Position numbers and translations under genes: made by a program
Assembly: GCF_032444005.1 (NCBI RefSeq)
Contig: NC_091286.1
Location: forward strand, 575,236,001-575,300,000
Direction of reading: 5' to 3'
Source of the DNA: Ranitomeya imitator
Taxonomy: Eukaryota
DNA length: 64,000 bases
Notes under the pieces: generated by a model
Databases searched by the model: none
The model's input: the letters and a program-made list of their open reading frames with translations, nothing else
What the model was told of the DNA's origin: nothing
Shown: positions 56,902-64,000 of the stretch, one piece after another
How positions within the stretch are numbered: position 1 is the stretch's first letter
Layout of the letters: the number at the start of each line of letters is the position of its first letter

Positions 56902-57057
56902 GGCCGGGGTCACACTTGCGAGTTCAGTGCGAGTCTCTCGCATCAATACCTGGCAGTGCCGCCAGCAGCGGTCCTGAGTGGCGGCGGCAGTGCCGGGTAT
57001 TGATTCAAGAGACTTGCTCGAGTTTCTCGCATTGAACTCACAAGTGTGACCCCGGCC
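56902..57057. mobile_element. 156-bp Harbinger-type hairpin MITE
   Basis: TIR GGCCGGGGTCACACTTG, sharing the terminal 15 nt of the 50750 element; TAA TSD. Confidence 0.88.
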
Positions 57058-57306
57058 TAAAAATTAAACTCCCCGTCCCGACTCCAGAATACAATATTGA
57101 TGCCCTGGTGGTCTCCCAGTTTTTCAAACTGATGAGTCATGTGAGGCCACTGATTTGCTGCAGTGGCCGCTTTAAACAAAGGACAAAAAATTTTTTGGGT
57201 TTGATTTTCTAATAATTGCAGCTGTTTTTACATATTTTGAAACATTAGATAACCCAAGCATACAGTATATTCCATGCTTATTATATGGATATCTGTTGTT
57301 ATACAG

Positions 57307-57352
57307 GGAAAACATGGTGAATACACTTCTTTACGCGGCTGTGGAGCTCACT
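57307..57352 (+). CDS. Candidate host-gene exon (..ENMVNTLLYAAVELT)
   Basis: TTATACAG acceptor, GTAAGA donor; in frame with the next two exons. Confidence 0.6.
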
Positions 57353-57493
57353 GTAAGATCATGTGAGGTCAGAAGACTTGGTCTAATCGTCTCTGGGATT
57401 GTCGCATTGTTTACCTTGAAACGTTAAAATGTTATGTATAACAAAAGTCAAAATGTCCTTTTTTCCTCTGTAGTTCTCCGGTTTTACCACTAG

Positions 57494-57538
57494 GGGACCG
57501 TGTCTTCCTATGGTAATTTCTACAGCGCTTTCCACAAT
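57494..57538 (+). CDS. Candidate host-gene exon (GTVSSYGNFYSAFHN)
   Basis: Pyrimidine tract and CTAG acceptor, GTAAGT donor, 45 bp, phase 0 on both sides. Confidence 0.65.
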
Positions 57539-57646
57539 GTAAGTGATACCTGTAGGTTGTTGATTCTTTGCCTGTCAGGATTACATTGTTGCACATTTTA
57601 TGTCCAGGCGGTGAATTTAAACTGACATTTTTTTTTTCCGTTTCAG

Positions 57647-57684
57647 TCTCCTGTGGACGTCATACACGAATACATTCAGAAATG
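57647..57684 (+). CDS. Candidate host-gene exon (SPVDVIHEYIQK, then TG)
   Basis: CTGAC branch-point-like motif, T-rich tract and TTTCAG acceptor; weaker donor GTAGAA. Confidence 0.58.
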
Positions 57685-59939
57685 GTAGAAACTCGTAATT
57701 GCTCATCTTTAGACCTAGAAAAATCTCACTAGATATCCCAATGATATCCTCGTTGATCCGCCTTTACTCGGTTTTATTTTCTGGCACCTTAAAAAAATCT
57801 AAAGAAATAGCATTTAAAAAAAAAAAAAGATTTGTTTTAATATGTAGAAAATGTTTTTTTTATGATTTTTTTTAGCGTCATTTTGATCATTTTGTAAATG
57901 CATTTATCAAATCCTACAGGAGAAACATCCTCCTATGATAGCACACTTAAAAAAAAAATTAAAAAAAAAAATTATCCTCAAAAAAACGGAAAAAAAAAAG
58001 GCCACAAACCAAAATGAATTCTAAACATGTAAGTTTAAAGGAAAATGTACAGACTTTTAAAGTACCGTTATACTGCAAATAAACAAATAAATGCATGAAA
58101 GAAAACCATGAAAGTCGCTATGTATGAATCCGCCAATTAAATATGAAGGTTTTCCCTATTTAGTAGTAAAGTAAGACGTTTCCAGGAACGGTAATACGGA
58201 CATTGACACTCAACTAATGGAACGGAGACTCTGTTCATTGCTTCTATTAAGAATTGAGCCATGATAACTATTTCTAAATTAATAGTTTGTACGCAACCTA
58301 TAAACAAAAAATTACGACTGGCAAATATAATCAACTTACCATTTAGAATGCAAAAATCTGATTGATAATAATAATAATAATAATCTTTATTTATATAGCG
58401 CCATCGTGTTCCGCATGATAATATGGCAATTCAGGTCATACCTATATAATCTAATGATCCGTGATGGGATTTCACTACCCATTCCAAAAAAATAACATTT
58501 TATTTAAAAATAAATATGCTTAGACGATTTCATAATAATATAAGATGTGATTATGAAAACACCGGTACAATTTACACATGTTCTACTATTAGCAGAGCAG
58601 TGGAAGGGTTAATGGCAGGGACTTTCTATACCAGGAGGTAAACACCTTGTCCAAACACACACACTGCCAAGCCATTAACAGGATTTGGGTAAAAAGCTGC
58701 TTTTCATTCCCCAATAATCCCTGAAATCTAAAATACGCAGTTCTCTTAACCCTTTGCTGCCACTAAAATAACATAGCCTAACATAGCCTCACAGTGAAGC
58801 CTGCCTATAACACCATACAGAATGCTACACGTCGGGGTCTGTTACTAGGAGCACACAGCATTATTGTGGAAAGTGGCACTTTTTTATGGAATTTTCAGGC
58901 ATTTTGTTTTTTGGGGGGCATTTTGGTGGCGTTCCTTGGGTCGTTTATGTTTTTTTTTCCTCGCAGCATGCTCTGATTATGGCAGTTTTCACCATAAGCT
59001 TTTGTTTAGGACTTGAAAAAACTGCAAAAAAAAATGCATGTAAAAAATAAAAAAAATAAAAAAAATGGCATGAAAAGCGATTGTAAAATTGTTTGAAATG
59101 TATGGCATTTTTACATGCATATGTGATAACGAGTTTAACAGTCACAGAACGTTTCGTCTACTACTGAACTTTAATCCTTTGTGACCCTAATGTCTGAAAA
59201 TACTAAAAAAAGCTGTCACACTATGACTGCCTTATAATATATAATATAAGTATTATTTTTCTCATTATTTCACGGTACATTAAATTGAAAAGCATTGATA
59301 TATAGGACAGTAGCATTAATGTACCTACCATCTATTGTATATAGTGATTGATCTGATAAAAAAATAACATATTTTGTATCAAAAACTACTTTACTTTTTT
59401 ATGATGGCTTTCACATGGATGAAAATGTTAGGAATGGTAATAGTTTTTTATTGTTATATTGATTTTTGTCTTTTTTTGTAAATTCTTTTCATTTGGGGTA
59501 AAATTTTTATTGTCAGTTGGAATGAGTGATATTCCAGGAAATGGCCTGAAATCTAAACTAAGCAAAAAGAGTACAAAAAAATGATCGAGGAAATTGGAAG
59601 GGCATGGACTACATGGTACCCAGGTGGGACAAGTGAGAGAGTATAGATGTAGCAAAGGTAAAGCACTCACTGCCAGCCTGGTCTCAAGAAACACAGCTGG
59701 AAAACCAGAGGTTGCCAACGTCTAGTGACAACCAGGGATCAGTAATATCTGGGAAGGATGAAGAGCATGTGGTCCACAGCTCAGCTGGGTCACAACCACA
59801 TTCCCACAGGACAACTGATCTTTGAGCACGGTTCTACCAGCGGATACATGGATCAGTTAGTTGTTAATAAAGTCAAAAACACATTTATCTATAATTTATA
59901 TCCATATTAGGCGTAATCTTGATACTAATCTACATAATA

Positions 59940-59948
59940 TGTAGCCTC

Positions 59949-59979
<31 letters not shown>

Positions 59980-60260
59980 TTCATTATTATTTTATCTGTA
60001 TTGTAGTAAATCAAGAAAAATTAAAATACTTGCTCACTTTGTAAATAAATAAATGTTTCTAAAATAAATAGAATAATAAAAATACTCTTGAAATTGTTAA
60101 AAAAATATGATTGTAAGTAATCATTTACTTCTGACATAGTATTATTTGTATGTATTTAATTATACATGTAAAAAATATTGCACTTGAAATAAGTCATAAT
60201 TATTATTATTATTTTATTATTATTATTTTATTATTATTATTATTTTTATTATTTTTAACA
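59940..60260. repeat. (TTA)n microsatellites in AT-rich sequence
   Basis: Visible runs near 59950-59990 and 60200-60255. Confidence 0.85.
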
Positions 60261-61650
60261 TTCCTGTTATGGCAAAATAAATAAATAACAAGTAATTCAA
60301 TGGAGTTAAGCCATGTTTTTTTTTTTCATGTGGAATGTACAGCAATGTTATTCTGTAAGATTTTTTTTTCCAGAGCAATTTCAATGGGATAAAATATGCA
60401 ATGGAATTTGAGTGGGTTCTGCACTGAAAAGGGTAAGTTCATACGACATTATAAAACAAAATTGCAGGGTTTCATCCACAAAAGTGGAAAATATATATTT
60501 TTCTCTCACTTGTCATCCACGTGCTCTGCGTATACAATCCGTTTTTTTTTTTACTCAGCAGCTATTAATCATTCACAGGACCATTTGCAGTTTCTTTTGT
60601 TACAGAACTGCAATGTAGCCCTAACTATCGGATGCTATACTGTGAAATCTGTTTTTTTTTTTTTATTATACACTCATAGACTTGAATGGGCGAGTCTTAC
60701 CTGATTTACACAAGAAACTAGGGCACTCTGATATTTTTTTCAAGCACAGATTCGGGCAGTGAAGAAAATTGTTCCATCTGCACTGCCCCATTGGATAACA
60801 TTGGTCCGTTTTTTTTTAATGGATAGCACTTGGACTGAACATGCGGTCATGTGCACAAGCCCTAAGTCTGACAAAATCCTGAACTTGTGAACACTGCAAT
60901 TAAAATAAAGAAAGTAAAAAAACTGTCACCCCTGTAGTAAATGTGTGTAAATACAATCACATATCTCATCACAGATGTGGAGAATGTAACTGGGAGGACA
61001 ATGAATGACTCCGATTACTATTTCTCATATTAAACTCCAGTAACAAGCATAATAGTTTTGTTTCTTTCTTAAAATCCATAAATTTTAATGAATAGCTACA
61101 TGACAATTAATAACATATTCTTTTCCTTTCACATTTAAAAAGACATGATGTTAAAGCGTGACTGATCCATTAATAGGAAGCACAGCTGCCGCTCACTGAC
61201 CATCAGCCAGCTCTTTACACATCATTATGACGGATTTACATTCTTCATTCACAGCTATATCTCACTTTATACCAATATTTATCATGTACTATTGTAAATG
61301 GTGTATAAATGGTGTGTAGTAAATTCATCTGTCCTCTAAATATTGACACCTGCCCACCTTCACATAATACAGGAGCGTAACATCATTTTTTAGAATGGAA
61401 GAAAAAGTTCTGAAAACTGACATATTTATGGAACTTGGGAATGTATTTCTTAAAACTGACACATATGCGGAACCAAGGAGGACCCGATAAAAATGATTTA
61501 AGTCCTTCTGCTTCTGTTTGCAACAGATTCATTTTTTAACTCAATTCTTTTTGTAAAAAAAAATGTAACAGACTAATGGAATGTCAAAATGTAAGATTAA
61601 ATGCAGCTTAAAACTGCGCACAATGTATTGTAATTCTGAATTACCATGAC

Positions 61651-61975
61651 TAGAGTTGAGCGAATTTCTTCAGGCCGCCGCTTATTCGGCAAGCTATAGC
61701 GCTTACCAGATAAGCTGCAGAGGGAGCCCGGGTACATGGAGCGCGCCGGATGATCGGCGCCGCAGCTCCATGTGTCGCGGCTGTGTCACTGTCTCAGCAC
61801 ATGCATGAAGAACCTGTGTATTGTGACTGTCACACAGCCACGACACGTGCAGCTGCGGCACCGATCACCTGATCAGCCGGCGCGCTCCATGTACCCAGGA
61901 TCCCTTTGCAGCTTATTCATTAAGCGCTATAGCTTGCCGAATAAGCGGGGACCCGAAGAAATTCCCTCAACTCTT
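61651..61975. mobile_element. Palindromic MITE with hAT-like ends
   Basis: TAGAGTTGAGCGAATT / AATTCCCTCAACTCT ends and long inverted arms; no clean TSD seen. Confidence 0.6.
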
Positions 61976-62971
61976 TGACACATAGATTTGGGGCCCCAAT
62001 GCGTAAGCTGTATCAGGGCCCCATCTACCATAAGTCATTTATAATACTGAGATTGAACCCCTGGTATTACAGATTTGAAATGTGCATGGTTTTGTACAGG
62101 AGCTTCTTTGTTATTGCTTTGGCTCCAGTTTTTCGGCATCAACAATTTTGTTGCATTCTATATATTTTTTTTTAAATGTGCCACATTTTGCAATTTTTTG
62201 CTGATTTTACCATTTTTCAAGTGTATGCCTCCCTCCACAATAAAAAAAATCTATAAAATTGTAGAAATCATATATACACATCATATAAATGGTGTTTGTT
62301 TTTTCATATCCATACTGAAAATAATGGTGGAAAGCGCAATGTTAAGATATATAGAGCAAGCCTGTATAGAAAAGATGCTATTTTATAACTGCTATGTGAA
62401 TGGAGGTGACATCGGTGCAACAAAATTTGACATTCTGCTGAGCATACATGACAGTGAGATGGAGAGTAGCTATCAAACACTTCGATAATCAGTGATATCA
62501 ATTTTTAGGGTAGAGAAACAAAGATCCACATTTATGACAACTGTCTTACAATGAACTAAGCCTTGTTGCCTTAAGTAACCAATCACAGCTCAGCTTTACT
62601 TTTTCCAGAGCTGTTATTGAAATGAAACCTGCACTGTGATAGGTTGCTATGGGGAACAAGGCCAAATTCATCACAGACATTTGATTGAGGCCTAGGATAT
62701 TTGGTATTTCAGTTTAAAGAGAAGCATGCCATGCATGTATGAAATATTACAAAGACCATGTACAATAAATAATGTTTTCTACCTAGGGTCAGTAAATGAA
62801 ACATCACATTATGACAACATGGTCTTTGTCCTGACAGTCATTTCCACCACTGGTCAATTAGAAATATAAAGCCTGCTTTCAGGTAAACTGGGCAGATACA
62901 ATTGCAAATAGGCAACTAAGATTATTGAATATCCGGCTCTTGTAGAATCACAAGCACAGTTATAAGCCTAA

Positions 62972-63986
62972 GGCCATGTTCACACCTTCAGTATTTGGTC
63001 AGTATTTTACCTCAGTATTTGTAAGCCAGAACCAGGAGTGGGTGATAAATACAGAAGTGGTGACGGGTTTCTATTATACTTTTTCTCTGATTGTTCCACT
63101 CCTGGTTTTGGCTTACAAATACTGAGGTAAAAAACTGACCAAATGCTGAATTTGTGAATGTGGACCAAGGCCCCCTTCACAAGTCCGTATAAGACTTCTT
63201 TCACACTTCTGTCGGTCGTCCTGCGTCAGAGTGCAGTCGACGTATCGACGGACGTTGCAAAAATACTTGAAAACGTGTGCAACGCATCCAGTGTTATGAC
63301 GGATGCGTTGCATGAATCCCGGGCTGAATTTTCAGGTATAAATGTCCGTGGAGGAGAGAGAGAGAGTTTTCCCCAGGTTGGAATTTGCTTCCTGGCATGC
63401 TCAGATGGAAAAACTGCATCCGTCACTGGATTCCTGCGTTTCACAGTGTGCACAGGATCCAGTGTCCATAGGCTCCCATTCTGTGCAACGATGTATGCCG
63501 CAGGAGGCATCGGGGAACGTTTTTCCACTGCAGACAAAAAACGTTCCTTTGAACATTTTTTGCAAAAGACTGTCCATCAAATTCCGCAGGATCCGGTGCA
63601 CGAGCAGGAGCCGAGAGTCATGCGTCTGTGCTCCGAGCCTCTCGCAGAGAGCGGATCGGAGCACAGCTGCGGAGGAGGCGGAGAAACTAATTTCTCCATC
63701 TCCTCTATTGCTGGGGTCCGTGTTTAGCGCACAGCACTCAGATGATATCCGAGTAATGTGCGCTGTCTCACTCGCACCCATAGGCTTATATGGGTGCGAG
63801 TGAGCCGAGAATCGGCCGAGTGCCCGTGACAATCACAGCATGCTGCGATTGTCTCAAAACAAGGAAAATGGCCGACAAAAAATCGGCTGCTGGGAGCTGC
63901 CCCATAGTTTAACATTGATCCGAGTGCAATGTGATTTTTTTATCGCATTGCACTCGTCCGTTTTAGTCGCCAGTGTGACCCCGGCC
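62972..63986. mobile_element. Cluster of adjacent or nested Harbinger-type MITEs
   Basis: GGCCATGTTCACAC hairpin element (62972-~63165), further TIR-like starts at 63169 and ~63193, and a GTGTGACCCCGGCC|TAA end at 63986. Confidence 0.65.
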
Positions 63987-64000
63987 TAATGTTAGTCAAC

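Noticed and set aside
59510-59720. Coding-looking purine-rich stretch (KEYKKMIEEIGRAW)
   Set aside because: Stops in every frame consistent with the nearby acceptors; could be an old TE remnant.

Overview
This is eukaryotic DNA, not prokaryotic. The repeat families point to a vertebrate, most likely a frog (inference). The window is almost entirely nested transposable elements. Main contents: (1) an apparently intact, very young Gmr1-type Ty3/Gypsy retrotransposon with a SCAN-like gag (171-5339); (2) two intact-ORF Tc1 DD34E transposons in opposite orientation; (3) a ~316-bp retrozyme-like unit with a well-formed hammerhead ribozyme and an snRNA-type promoter signature (12188-12513); (4) a full-length CR1 LINE (~25690-34436) interrupted by a 2.1-kb hammerhead-bearing palindrome, an antisense copy of itself and a piggyBac-like element that holds a Kolobok/T2-type MITE; (5) two inverted Helitron copies carrying the same hAT MITE; (6) a chromodomain Gypsy element with a self-priming signature, 6-bp TSDs and an antisense solo LTR of a sister subfamily inside it; (7) a minisatellite-filled hAT element; (8) a two-gene PIF/Harbinger element with many related MITEs; (9) three small in-frame exons of an unidentified host gene on the + strand near 57.3-57.7 kb. 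No rRNA, tRNA gene or CRISPR array is supported. Family names come from motif recognition only; no database search or folding program was run, and mismatch counts are by eye.
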